From assembly GCA_038087875.1 (NCBI GenBank), contig CM075991.1:7318001-7382000 (forward strand): a stretch of DNA of 64,000 bases, read 5' to 3'. Numbering within the stretch: the stretch's first letter is position 1; each line of letters starts with the position of its first letter. The DNA is from Malacoraja senta. Its lineage: Eukaryota. Both the position numbers and the translations under genes were made by a program. Below are positions 21,626 to 34,450 of the stretch, piece after piece. The notes beneath the pieces are model-generated. The model had not been told where the DNA came from and did not search any database. It worked only from the letters and a program-made list of their open reading frames with translations.

Positions 21626-24600
21626 AGGTGGTGGGGTTCTTAAATGGGTGAGCAGAGAAACAGAGGGGTGTAAAATGCGGGCGGAAGCAATAGGTAGCAA
21701 GGTGAAAAGTAAAAGTGGCAGGCAGACAAATCCAGGGCAAAAATCAAAAAGGGCCACTTTTCAACATAATTGTATAAGGGGTAAGAGCGTTGTAAAAACA
21801 AGCCTGAAGGCTTTGTGTCTCAATGCAAGGAGCATTCGTTATAAGGTGGATGAGTTGAACGTGAAGATAGCTATTAATGATTATGATATAGTTGGGATCA
21901 CGGAGACATGGCTCCAGGGTGACCAAGGCTGGGAGCTGAACATCCAGGGATATTCAATATTCAGGAGGGATAGAGAGAAAGGAAAAGGAGGTGTGGTAGC
22001 ATTGCTGGTTAGAGAGGAGATTAACGCAGTGGAAAGGAAGGACATTAGCTTAGAGGATGTGGAATCGGTATGGGTAGAGCTGCGAAACACTAAGGGGCAG
22101 AAAACGCTGGTGGGTGTTGTGTACAGGCCACCTAGCAGTAGTAGTGAAGTTGGGGATGGCATCAAACAGGAAATTAGAAATGCGTGCAACAAAGGCAAAA
22201 CAATTATAATGGGTGACTTCAATCTACATATAGATTGGGTGAATCAAATTGGCAGGGGTGCTGAGGAAGAGGATTTCTTGGAATGTATGCGGGATAGTTA
22301 TCTAAACCAACATGTAGAGGAACCAACGAGAAAGCAGGCTATTCTAGACTGGGTATTGAGTAATGAGGAAGGGTTAGTTAGCAGTCTTGTTGTGCGTGCC
22401 CCCTTGGGCAAGAGTGACCATAATATGGTTGAGTTCTTCATTAGGATGGAGAGTGACATTGTTAATTCAGAAACAACGGTTCTGAACTTAAAGAAAGGTA
22501 ACTTTGAGGGTATGAGACGTGAATTTGCCAAGATTGACTGGCAATTAGTTCTAAAGGGGTTGACGGTGGATATGCAATGGAAGGCATTTAAAGACTGCAT
22601 GGATGAACTACAAAAATTGTTCATCCCAGTTTGGCAAAAGAATAAATCAGGGAAGGTAGTGCATCCGTGGAAAACAAGGGAAATCAGGGATAGTATCAAA
22701 GCAAAAGATGATGCGTACAAATTAGCCAGAAAAAGCAGCATACCAGAGGACTGGGAGAAATTCAGAGACCAGCAGAGGAGGACAAAGGGCTTAATTAGGA
22801 AAGGGAAAATAGATTATGAAAGAAAACTGGCAGGGAACATAAAAACTGACTGCAAAAGTTTTTATAGATATGTGAAGAGAAAGAGATTAGTTAAAACAAA
22901 TGTAGGTCCCTTGCAGTCAGAAACAGGTGAATTGATCATGGGGAACAAGGATATGGCGGACCAATTGAATAACTACTTTGGTTCCGTCTTCACTAAGGAA
23001 GACATAAATAATCTGCCAGAAATAGCAGGGGACCGCGGGTCAAAGGAGATGGAGGAACTGAGTGAAATCCAGGTTAGTCGGGAAGTGGTGTTGGGTAAAT
23101 TGAATGGATTAAAGGCCGATAAATCACCAGGGCCAGATAGGCTGCATCCTAGAGTACTGAAGGAAGTAGCTCCAGAAATAGTGGATGCATTAGTGATAAT
23201 TTTTCAAAACTCTTTAGATTCTGGAGTAGTTACTGAGGATTGGAGGGTAGCAAACGTAACCCCACTTTTTAAGAAGGGAGGGAGAGAGAAAACGGGGAAT
23301 TACAGACCAGTTAGTCTAACTTCGGTAGATGAGAAACTGCTAGAGTCAGTTATTAAAGATGGGATAGCAGCACATTTGGAAAGTGGTGAAATCATTGAAC
23401 AAAGTCAGCATGGATTTACGAAAGGTAAATCATGTCTGACGAATCTTATAGAAATTTTCGAGGATGTAACTAGTAGAGTGGATAGGGGAGAACCAGTGGA
23501 TGTGTTGTATCTGGACTTTCAGAAGGCTTTCGACAAGGTCCCACATAAGAGATTAGTATACAAACTTAAAGCACATGGTATTGGGGGTTCAGTATTGATG
23601 TGGATAGAGAACTGGCTGGCAAACAGGAAGCAAAGAGTAGGAGTAAACGGGTCCTTTTCACAATGACAGGCAGTGACTAGTGGGGTACCGCAAGGCTCAG
23701 TGCTGGGACCCCAGCTATTTACAATTTATATTAATGAACTGGATGAGGGAATTGAAGGCAACATCTCCAAGTTTGCGGATGACACTAACCTGGGGGGCAG
23801 TGTTAGCTGTGAGGAGGATGCTAGGAGACTGCAAGGTGACTTGGATAGGCTGGGTGAGTGGGCAAATGTTTGGCAGATGCAGTATAATGTGGATAAATGT
23901 GAGGTTATCCACTTTGCTGGCAAAAACAGGAAAGCAGACTATTATCTAAATGGTGGCCGATTAGGAAAAGGGGAGATGCAGCGAGACCTGGGTGTCATGG
24001 TACACCAGTCATTGAAAGTAGGCATGCAGGTGCAGCAGGCAGTGAAGAAAGCGAATGGTATGTTAGCTTTCATAGCAAAAGGATTTGAGTATATGAGCAG
24101 GGAGGTTCTACTGCAATTGTGCAGGGTCTTGGTGAGACCACACCTGGAGTATTGCGTACAGTTTTGGTCTCCAAATCTGAGGAAGGACATTATAGCCATA
24201 GAGGGAGTGCAGAGAAGGTTCACCAGACTGATTCCTGGGATGTCAGGACTTTCATATGAAGAAAGACTGGAGAGACTTGGCTTATACTCGCTAGAATTTA
24301 GGAGATTGAGAGGGGATCTTATAGAAACGTACAAAATTCTTATGGGGTTGGACAGGCTAGATGCAGGAAGATTGTTCCCGATGTTGGGGAAGTCCAAGAC
24401 AAGGGGTCACAGCTTAAGGATAAGGGGGAAATCCTTTAAGACTGAGATGAGAAAAAACATTTTCACACAGAGAGTGGTGAATCTCTGGAACTCTCTGCCA
24501 CAGAAGGTAGTTGAGGCCAGTTCATTGGCTATATTTAAGAGGGAGTTAGATGTGGCCCTTGTGGCTAAAGGGATCAGGGGGTATGGAGAGAAGGCAGGTA

Positions 24601-24707
24601 CGGGATACTGAGTTGGATGATCAGACATGATCATATTGAATGGCGGTTCAGGCTCGAAGGGCCGAATGGCCTACTCCTGCACCTATTTTCTATTTATCTA
24701 TTTATCT
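21626..24707 (+). mobile_element. CR1-clade LINE, 5'-truncated, whole ORF2 retained
   Basis: APE endonuclease plus RT ORF, 3' UTR with microsatellite tail; candidate 8-bp TSD ATGTGCTG (21618-21625 / 24708-24715). Confidence 0.95.
21648..24611 (+). pseudogene. CR1 ORF2 (apurinic endonuclease + reverse transcriptase) with one in-frame stop at 23664-23666
   Basis: Motifs NARSI, GITETWL, VYRPP, MGDFN, LDWV, SDH, KSPGPD, NYRPVSLTS, LDFQKAFDKV, SGVPQGSVLGP, FADD; ORFs 21648-23666 and 23673-24611 are in the same frame; true start uncertain. Confidence 0.93.
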
Positions 24708-25411
24708 ATGTGCTGTTGGCGTCGCTATAGGGCCCCAACTGCTCTATGCCAGTCCAATGTCAGTCGCTGGCTCTCAAGCAGGATCTCCTGCCAACCCCTT
24801 CTCAACCAGCGCAGGTGTGACATCTTGAGATTTTTTGGCTCTTCCTCGTGCAACCATCGCCGCCTCTGCTGAAGCTGCAGGTAACTCTCACAACGCCACG
24901 ATTGCCATCTGTGTGAACAAAGGAGTAGCAGATGCACTTTGTCTACAAAGTGTTTTTTTTCTGGTCAATTATTTCAAAGGAAGCTGTGCAAATAGAAGTC
25001 TGACTGCTAAAGATGATGATGCACAGATGTTACATCGGATGGCACAACGTCTGATGCATATTTGATTATTTCCTGCTGAATAAAGTTTGCGAAGATTTAA
25101 TAAATTTTAATTGTAACTGCATTTTCCACTCGCCCTGTCTTACATCACTCCATTTCCCCATGTTCTACTCCTTCATTACTCATACTTTACCTCTTTCTAT
25201 TTTCCCTTTGCTACCTCTCCCATTCCCAGGTTCTGCCTCACTCCATTCACGCAATCTATCTCCTCCATTTATTCCCTTGCCCACACAATACCCTTCATGG
25301 TTTTCCGCACTATTGGCTTCCCCATTTACCACACCATGCCTCTCTCTACATTTCCCAAGACAATACCCTTTTCCAGTTGCCCTGGAGAACACATACTGCA
25401 TTTTTATTTTA

Positions 25412-26056
25412 TTTTAGTTTAGCTTCGAGATACAGCGCGGAAAGAGGCCCTTCATCGTACCGAGCCGGCGATCCCCACACATTAACACTACCCTACACAT
25501 ACTCGGGACAATTTACACTTATACTGAGCCAATTAACCAACTAAAAGCCCTGTCCCACGGTACGAGTTCATTCCAAGAGCTCTCCCGAATTTTAAAAAAA
25601 TCGAACTCGTGGTAAGCACAGATAATGAACGTAGCAGGTACGTCGGAGCTCGGGGACGTCTCTTAGCGACTCATAACGCTAACGGCAGGTACTCGGGAAT
25701 ACTCGCTAACGTTAGCGAGTCTTCCTGAGTACCTGCCGTTAGCGTGTTGAAAAATGTTGAAAAATGTCCACGAGAGCCCCGAGTACCGACGAGCGGCCAT
25801 TACTGTAAATCTCCGATTTCGAATCAGGGCAAACACGGGAGAGCTCTTGGAATGAACTCGTACCGTGGGACAGGGCTATAAATTGTACGTCTTTGGAGTG
25901 TGGAAGGAAACCGAAGATCTTTGAGAAAACCCACGTGGTACGGGGAGAGCACACAAACTCCATTCAGACAGCACCCACAGTCGGGATCGAACCTGGGTCT
26001 CTGGCACTGGAAGAGTGTAAGGTAGCAACTCTACCGCTGCGCCACCGTGCTGCCCC
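25412..26056 (-). mobile_element. HE1-like V-SINE interrupted by MITE #4
   Basis: Head at 26056, tail at 25412, SINE continuity across the MITE. Confidence 0.85.
25545..25878. mobile_element. PIF/Harbinger-type MITE (#4)
   Basis: Long TIRs AGCCCTGTCCCACGGTACGAGTTCATTCCAAGAGCTCTCCCG; TAA on both sides. Confidence 0.9.
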
Positions 26057-26069
26057 AACTACTTTGCTT

Positions 26070-27370
26070 TAGCAAAGCAGATAACCTCACACTTCTCCAT
26101 GTTATACTGCATCTTCCACCTATATTCCCTTTCACTCGACGTGTCTCAATTACCTTGAAGCTTCTTTGTATTCTCCTCACAACTCACAGTTTTACCCAGC
26201 CTCATGGCATCAGCAAAACAGAGAAATATTTTGTTTGGTTCGCTAATCCGATTCATTAATACCTGTTGCGAATAGCTGGAGCCCAAGCATTGCTCGCTGC
26301 AGTACCTCACTATTCACTGACCACCATTGCACATTAAGACCCATTTATTCCTCCTGTGTTTTCTATCTGACATTAAATTTTCAATAGATGTCAGTACATT
26401 ACACCCAATGCCGTTTTCTTTAATATTTCATACTAACTTTTGATGTGGGGCTATATCAAAGGCCTTTTGAAAATCTAAATACACCACACCCACTGTTTCT
26501 CCCTGATCTATTCTACCAGTTGCATCTTCAAAAACTCCAAAGTTTCATCAAACATGTTCTCACTTCTGTAAATTCATATTGACATTTTCTATTCCTCTTG
26601 ATAATTTTGAAGTATCCTGTTATCTGAGATTCTAACACTTCCCTGCTAGTTCAGCTAACTCGTTTTTCATTTCCTCTCTCTCCTTTTTTTAAATAGCAGG
26701 GTCGCTCGCATTGGCCATCCTCCAATCTGCAGGAGATATTCAATTAGCTGTAAAAAAAATTTGGAACATGACAACCAATTATTCCATTATTTCCAAAAGG
26801 GTCTATTAATAAATTGGGTTGTAGATTATCAGGCTGCAGAGATTGTTTGGCTTTCCATCCCATTAATTTCTCCAACACTCTTTTAAACTGGGATTAATTC
26901 CTCCTTTTCATTAAACTACTGGTTGTCTACCATGGGAAGTTAAACGTGTCCTCTTCTGTGAAGATGAAACCAAAGTGTTTAGTTTATTTGCTCTGCCACT
27001 TTGTTCCCCATTATAAATTTTCCAGTTTCTGTCTCTGAGGGCCTACATTTTGCCTTCACTATTCTTCCCTTTGACATATTTGTGGTAGCTATGACAGTAT
27101 AATTTTTGTCCCTTGAAAATTTACACACATACTTGAATAGTGTAATCTCCTTACCCTATTTTTATTCTTTTTATCCATCTTCTTGGCTCTTTATTACTGA
27201 ATTCTAAGGCAAATTATTTATTTTTTGCTGACAATTTTATCTGACTCCCTTTGGACCTTATGTTATCTTTAACTTTATTAACCATGTTTGGCAGAATTTT
27301 CCTTTCGTGTTCTGTGCTGGAAAGGAATGTATTGTTCACATTTCCTGCATTCATCACTTAAATGTTATCC
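26070..27370 (-). mobile_element. Old degraded CR1 ORF2 fragment
   Basis: Colinear with the reverse complement of the young CR1 RT region (GATAACCTCACAC..TTATACTGCATC; ATCAAAGGCCTTTTGAAAATCTAAATACAC). Confidence 0.65.
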
Positions 27371-27776
27371 ATTGCCTAACCAATTCATTCTTTATCTCTT
27401 GGGACAATTTACAGAGGCCAATTAATCTACAAAGCCACATGTTTTTGGAATGTACGAGTAAACTGGAGCATCCGGGGAAAACCCACGCGGTCACAGGGAG
27501 AGAGTGCAAACTCCGTGCAGGCGGTACCCATGCTTGTTCTTCTCAAGCATTGAATGTCATTGGGTTTTCAGTTCCCAGCCTTGGTCACCCAGCACTCGTG
27601 TTCCTGAAATAACACTGCGTCAAGACGCTGATGCCTCTAGTTTCAACTATCTTCACAAAGAGGGTGATACGTATATGGAACAAGCTGCCTGAGAAAGTGG
27701 TTGGTACGGCCACTATAACATTTAAAATACATTCAGACAAATAGGTGATGTGGACATTTTTTGAGGAATATGAACC

Positions 27777-28088
27777 TTTAGTTTAGTTTAGAGATACAGC
27801 GCAGAAACAGGCCCATCGGCCCACCGAGTCCACGCCGACCAGCGATTCCCCCCTGTACACTAACGCTATCCTACACATTAGAGACAATTTGCAATTATAC
27901 CAAGCCAATTAGCCTACAAACCTGTATGTCTTTAAGGTGTGGGTGGAAACCGGATATCCCTGAGAAGCCACGCAGGTCATGGGGAGAACGTACAAACTCC
28001 ATCCAGACAAGCACCCATAAACAGGATCGAACCCAGGTCTCTGATGCTGTTAGGCAGCAACTCTACCACTGTGCCACTGTGCCACCCC
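27777..28088 (-). mobile_element. HE1-like V-SINE, full length
   Basis: Tail, V-domain and head on minus strand. Confidence 0.85.
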
Positions 28089-28345
28089 TCAAGTCAAGTC
28101 AAGTCATGTCAATTTTATTTCTATAGCACATTTAAAAACAACTCTCGTTGACCAAAGTGCTTTACATCAGTGCAGGTACTAACATGCTACATACACGGGT
28201 ACATAGATCTAACAATACATACATAAATACATACATACAGCGCTCCCTCAGAGGACCTCAAGAAATGCTTGTGAGTAGAAATAGGTTTTAAGTCTAGACT
28301 TAAAGGAGTCGATGGAGGGGGCAGTTCTGATGAGAAGAGGGATGC
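28089..28345 (-). mobile_element. L2 LINE 3' end with (TTGAC)n tail
   Basis: Minus peptide ..SFKSRLKTYFYSQAF..; TGTAAAGCACTTTGGTCAAC..TGCTATAGAAATAAA terminus. Confidence 0.7.
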
Positions 28346-28680
28346 CTGATGTGGGAAAGTGGGAGTATCTTAGACTGACATCATGATCAGCATGCATGTA
28401 TTGGGCCAAACGGCCTGCTTCATGTTCTGTTACACTTATGATACTGTAGTTTATGCCATGTAATCACAGATCCATATCCTAGATGTTTCAACTGATTTTC
28501 CTCTTGGATTAATTAGAGACTATCTTATATTTGTTGCCCCCTGGAATTGGTCTTAAGTGAAGTATGCAGCAGGTGATCCATGCAATGCATGAGCGCAGCA
28601 ACAGCAGATGAACAGAAGCACAAATTCAACTAATAAGAAATCACTGAATTGAGTAGGCTTATTCCTTTTTAGACTCGAGA

Positions 28681-28977
28681 CTTTAGAGATACAGCGTGGA
28701 GACCGTCCCTTCGGCCCACCGTGTCCACACCGACCAGTGATCACCCCATACACTAGCACTATCCGACAAACTAGGAACAATTGAATAATTTGCAGAAGCC
28801 AATTAATCTACAAATCTGCACTTCTTTGGAGTGTGGGAGGAAACCGAAGCACCGGGATACAATGCATGCAGTCACAGGAAAAATGTACAAACTTCACACA
28901 GTCAGCATCCTAAGCATCGAACCCGGGTCTCTGGCGCTGTAAGGCAGCAACTCTACCGTTGCGCCACCTTGCCACCC
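28681..28977 (-). mobile_element. HE1-like V-SINE
   Basis: Family consensus features on minus strand. Confidence 0.85.
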
Positions 28978-29150
28978 ATGTTTTGGTTACATTGACTTGA
29001 TATTTTCTTAACATTCCACAGTAACATAATTCAAAGTGAAATAAACTATATCTTGCGCTTTGCATAGTTATGCACAGCGGGCACTGTCTGGTTAAGAGTT
29101 GAAACGTGTCCTCAAAGGAACCAGGCATGGAAAAACATGACTGCTGCTGT

Positions 29151-29182
29151 GTCTGAAGAAAGGTCTCGACTTGAAACATCAC
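29151..29182 (+). ncRNA. Minimal hammerhead motif variant in PLE repeat 29151-29248
   Basis: GU CUGAAGA A AGGU CUCG ACUU GAAAC AUC AC; stem II still pairs (A-U, G-U, G-C, U-A). Confidence 0.55.
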
Positions 29183-30262
29183 CCATTTCTACTCTCCAGA
29201 GATGCTGCCTGTCCTGCTGAGTTACTCCAGCTTTTTGTGCCTATCTTCTGCTGCTGTGTTTATTTCTATGTGCTGTTTGCTGGTCAGATAACTCTCCTTG
29301 TGTGTTGGATACAAAAGCATGGCAATTAATGTATAAACCAAAGAGGAACAGCGAACCTTGAGTGCTAAGTACACATTTGGCACCTGTTGTTCTGAGTCGA
29401 TAATTGGAGTCACACTGCAATATTTGCAAGAAGAGTTGGAAATAGTTTTTAAATTGCTCAGGCTCAATTTTTGGACGTGATCTGCGCTGCAAAATTAAGG
29501 GGGCTAAAAGAAGTTAGCACAAAACACAGGGTGCAGTGCCAAGCTTGTTTCCAGTAACAAGTCTCCCATTATCCCATGTAACTCTAGAGATAAGTTCATC
29601 CAGAGCTTTTGTGAACATTCAGGTATTAACGGTGCTAAGTCCCAATCTGGTCTTAAATGATGCGGCTTTATACGGCAGCAGGGCCTTGCAGAGCATAATG
29701 CTTTAATCCAGGCAGGCAAAGAAACGGCTGTATTTCTTTTGTTGACATCCATCTAAACCGTAGTCCCAGCTTAACCAACTGTTGAACATATAAAACACCT
29801 CAAATGTTTCCCAATATTTCTTGCATTCACAAACATCGAAGGACATTTAGCTGGCACACTCCCAGTGTGATTCCCCGGAGAGATGCAGTATTTCAATGGT
29901 CTGCCATTGTATGTGGTCCGCGTTGGTTATTTGTTAGCACAACCTCAGTCAAGAAAGGCCTTCATTCAGGATAAGCACATGTTGTATTTAGTTCAAGAGT
30001 ACTCTAGACTGAAAGGTTAACGCTAATCTGTGCTTGGTAAACGTGCTGTGATCATTCTGATAAAGAATACCTGTGAATATTTGTGTAAAAATGCAAGAAA
30101 TAGGACTCCTGTTGAGAATTCATCTTATTTCTGAACTTGCTAATGTAAATGGTCACTGTGTTTTAATCCAAACTTCACTCAAAAGCTACTGAGAATCTGC
30201 GACTAAAACCAGCAAACGTAAACTAAATTGAGTATTAATCAAGATGGAACGTCCAAACAATT

Positions 30263-30571
30263 GTGCGGCATGTTGGTGCAGCGGTAGAGTTGCTGCCTCA
30301 CAGCACCAGAGAATCAGGTTCGATCCCGACCACGGGTGCTGCATGTATGGAGGTTGTACATTTCCCCTTGACTGCGTGGGTTTCCTCCGGGGGCTCTGTC
30401 TTTCTCCCACACTTCAAAGACATGCACGATTAAAGGTTAATTGGCTTCGGTAAAGATTGTAAATTGTCCTTAGTGTGTAGGATACTGTAGTTGTCGGGGA
30501 TCACTGGTCAGCATGGACTCGGTGGACCGAAGGGCCTGTTTCCGTGTTGTAACTCTAAAACTTAAACTAAA
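30263..30571 (+). mobile_element. HE1-like V-SINE
   Basis: Family consensus features. Confidence 0.85.
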
Positions 30572-30722
30572 TGGATGCTTCTCCCCAAAGTGTTGTTCTC
30601 TGAACAGTCCCTCTTCTTATTGAATTGATTCATACCCACTTTACTTGAAGGTAGACAAAAATGCTGGAGAAACTCAGCGGGTGCGGCAGCATCTATGGAG
30701 CGAAGGAAATAGGCAACGTTTC

Positions 30723-31041
30723 AATACAATACAATAATACAATATTTATTCATTGTCATTTGAACCTCAATGAGGCTCAAACGAAATTCTGTTTCTACAG
30801 CCATACAAACAAAACAATTTCTACAAGACACACAAACAATTCAATTCACACAAACATCCATCACAGTGAATCTCCTCCTCACTGTGATGGAAGGCAAAGT
30901 CTTTTCTCTCCCCTGTGTACCATTTTTCTTCCGATGCTGAAGTCCCAGGTGGGCGATGGCAAGCCCCACGGCCGTTAAGGCTGCGCCGGGCGATGTACGG
31001 CCCCTCTTCAGGTCTTAATGTCTCAAAGTTGGAGCCCAAAG
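30723..31041 (-). mobile_element. Short retroposon with (TATTG)n tail inserted into a PLE hammerhead motif
   Basis: Splits GGCAACGTTTC | GGGCCAAAACCC of the PLE repeat starting at 30647; tail resembles Rex1-type TGACAATGAATAAA. Confidence 0.5.
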
Positions 31042-31555
31042 TTCGGGCCAAAACCCTACTTTACTTGAGCTGCCTGCTTCCTAAAATGGCGGAGTAGTTG
31101 TAGCAAATGCAATGGATTATTTTTTCAGTGCTGGACATTTCAAAATCTAATTCCTTTAGCCTTGCATCATTACCAAAACCAAAGTCATGAAAGACTTCCG
31201 ATATGATTGTGACAATGGTAATTACTTTCTCGTTCTGCATAATTCTTCTTTAGCTTTTCCCGTGATTTATTCACATTATTCTGCACGAACACCTCCTCAT
31301 TGTTGCTTAGCTGTGAGTGGCAGTACTAATTTCTGTCCACTCATTGCAGTCTGTAACCAGAGAATCATCGTTCAAGGCTACCCTGAGAGACTGTCAAAAG
31401 GTTTTATCAATAGCACAATACATAATCATCCATAAGAATGATGATAAAATTAATAATTGAAATTAGTTAATAATCACGCTGAAGAGAGGGACAGGCTTGA
31501 GGGGTACGATGGCCCAGTCCTGCTCCTCTTTTCTTAAGTTGCAGGAAAGAACTGC

Positions 31556-31587
31556 GTCTGAAGAAGGGTCTTGACCCGAAACATCAC
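31556..31587 (+). ncRNA. Minimal hammerhead motif in PLE repeat 31556-31652
   Basis: GU CUGAAGA A GGGU CUUG ACCC GAAAC AUC AC. Confidence 0.6.
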
Positions 31588-31921
31588 CGATTCCTTCTAT
31601 CCGGAGATGCTGCCTGTCCCGCTGATTTACTCCAGCATTTTGTGTCTTTCTTAATTTATTTTAGAGTTATAGAGTCATGCAGCATGCTAGCATGCTCTTT
31701 GGCCCAATTTCCCTAGGCCGCATCTACACTAGTTCCACCTACCTGCATTTGGCTCATATCCTAAATCTTTCCTATCGATGTACCTGTCCAAATGTCTTTT
31801 AAATGTTGTTAAAGTACCTGCCTCAACTACCTCCTCTGGCAGCTCATTCCATGTACCCATCACTTTCTGGGTAAAATGTTTATTATTATTTATTTTCCTG
31901 CTTTTTGTATTTCATGGGAGG

Positions 31922-32390
31922 CAATAGACAATAGACAATAGGTGCAGGAGTAGGCTATTCGGCTCTTCGAGCCAGCACTGCCATTCAATGTGATCATGGC
32001 TGATCATCCCCAATCAGTACCCCCGTTCCTGCCTTCTCCCCATATCCCCTGACTCCACAATTTTAAGTGCCCTATCTAGCTCTCTCTTGAGAGCATCCAG
32101 AGAACCTGCCTCCACCGCCCTCTGGGGCAGAGAATTCCACAGACTCACCACTCTCTGTGAGAAAAAGTATTTCCTCGTCTCCGTTCTAAATGGCTTACTC
32201 CTTATTCTTAAACTGTGGCCCCTGGTTCTGGACTCCCCCAACATCGGGAACATGTTTCCTGCCTCTAAGCCCTTAACAATCTTATATGTTTCAATGAGAT
32301 GCCCTCTCATCCTTCTAAACTCCAGAGTGTACAAGCCCAGCTGCTCCATTCTCTCAGCATATGACAGTCCCGCCATCCCGGGAATTAACC
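31922..32390 (-). mobile_element. CR1 3' fragment with (CTATTGT)n tail
   Basis: ORF 32014-32376 MAGLSYAERMEQLGLYTLEFRR..TRGHSL..FFSQRVVSLWNSLP. Confidence 0.9.
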
Positions 32391-32539
32391 AATATGAGGG
32401 AGTAGTGCAACTATCTTGTCAAGAAACTCCAGGCATCTCAAATAAGGGACAGGTTTGATGGACCATCTGGTTTTTCCTAGTTAAGATTTAGACACCAATC
32501 TATCCCCAAAGCCTTTTTACTCATTATTCTCTCTGTTAC

Positions 32540-32850
32540 AACTAGAAACTGTCAGTTTCCACATGTACTCTAGTGACATTCAGCTCTCCCTCACCAATCA
32601 CTAGATCCTCTCAAAGTGTCAGATGGTTCATCTGGTGGATGAACTGTTGGATGAGCAGAAATTCCTTCCATCTAACTGGGAAGACTGAAGTCTTGTTTCC
32701 AGAACCCTTCACAAACAACCTTCCATTGCCACTAGACCCATTCCTTCCCCTGACAACTGTTGTAATAATGGAAGTCAGATTTGACATGGATATGAGTTCC
32801 TGACCTAATTTCAGTGCCATCAGAAGGACAATGCCACCTCTACAGCTCTC
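32540..32850 (+). mobile_element. Ancient L2 RT fragment
   Basis: FHMYSSDIQLSL..WMSRNSFHL.GKTEVL resembles L2 FHxYADDTQLYL..WMxxNxLxLNxxKTE. Confidence 0.55.
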
Positions 32851-33229
32851 TTCCTTCATTCAAGGCCATGTTAACATGGTTTGTAAGAAGTGAACACAGA
32901 AGTGGGATTACTTTCCCATCCACTGGGATGATCTTAGATGGGACGTTGTGGTCAGCATGGGTGAGTTGGACTGAAAGGCCATGCTCCACGACATTATGAT
33001 TCTAACTGGTGTGAACAGTTGATATTGATGGTCAGGATGGTGGGCAGAGCAACCTGTATCCATGCATGGATGCTCCCAAAAAGATATGATACCAGAGAAT
33101 GGAAAGAAACACGTGTTAGAGAAACGGGGAAGATTAGACACTGTTTTAGGATTATAATGGCAAATATTGGAACAAGTCTTAGATTTATTTCATAACAGAG
33201 CAATTTTTATATATCTGAAATAGACCTAA

Positions 33230-33535
33230 GGGTGGCACAGTGACACAGCGGTAGTGTTGCTGAATTACAGCGCCATAGAGACCCAGGTTTGATCCTGACT
33301 AAGGTTTACTGCCTGTACGTAGTTTGTATGTTCTCCCCATGACCGCGTGGGTTTTCCACTTTCTTCCCACACTCCAAAGATGTACAGGTTTGTAGGTTAA
33401 TTGGCATTGGTAAGAAAATAGTAATTTGTCCCTAGTGAGCAAGATTAATGCTAGTGTATGGTGGTTACTGGTTGGCGCGGACTTGGTGGACCGAAGGGCC
33501 TGTTTCCGCACTGTATCTCTAAACTAAACTAAACT
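33230..33535 (+). mobile_element. HE1-like V-SINE, full length
   Basis: Family consensus with (CTAAA)n tail. Confidence 0.85.
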
Positions 33536-34069
33536 GGATGCTGAATGGGGTTGTTGCAGCACTGATACAGAATCATAGAATGTAGAACAGATAGCCCATT
33601 TAGTTGAGGGCTGCCATCCTCTATTGATTTGAAAGCTAAAAATTACCAAATTAATATCATTCCCCTGCTTTGACCCTTGATATTCCTTTGTAATAAATGC
33701 TGAGATCAGATGGATAAAAGGCGTACTTCAGACAAGCCTAGCCGGAAAATGGAAGGACAAATTGTCAACATTCTGCATTTCATGTTGTAGTGCCTCTCTA
33801 GTGAGTCGATTTTTATTTTTATGCAAGATATAAATGATTTGTTGGTGTCACAAATGATGATTACTGTATCCATCTCTTGTGATTCAGAGACCTTTATCAT
33901 TCACCCAGGATATCTATAATGTCAAGAGGGGTAATATGCTCCTCTTCATAATTTCAATAAAAGCATATGCAGCACATAATAAAACATTGTGCCTGCTTTG
34001 TAAAATGTATTGACAAGCAAGTTTGCTCTTTGCTCCCTTGAGTCGAGGTAGCAGCAAAGTTTAATTATT

Positions 34070-34450
34070 GAGCCTTTACTCGCTGGAGTTTAGAAGGATG
34101 CGGGAGATCTCATTGAAACTTACTGAATAGTGAAAGGCCTGGATAGAGTGGATGTGGAGAGGATGTTTCAATAGTGGGAGCGTCTAGGACCAGAATAAAA
34201 GGACGTACTTAGGAAGGAGGAGGAGGAATTTCGATGGTGAATCTGTGGAATTCATTGCCACTGAAGGCTGTGGAGGCCGTCAATGGATATTTTTTAAGGC
34301 AGAGCTAGATAGATTCTTCATTAGTACGGGTATCATGGGTTATGGGGAGAAGGCAGGAGAATGAGGTTGAGAGGGAAAGAGATGAGCCATGATTTAATGG
34401 GGGAGTAGACTTGATGGGCCCAATGGCCTAATTCTGCTCCTATCACTAAT
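34070..34450 (+). mobile_element. CR1 3' fragment
   Basis: LYSLEFRRMR.DLIETY motif and CR1 3' UTR. Confidence 0.75.

Noticed and set aside
21744..24634. Several antisense/alternate-frame ORFs over the CR1 (and likewise over the Tc1)
   Set aside because: Shadows of the transposon coding frames.
24716..24886. GC-richer stretch ending in CAG|GTAACT
   Set aside because: No good acceptor with an open frame; peptide not recognisable.
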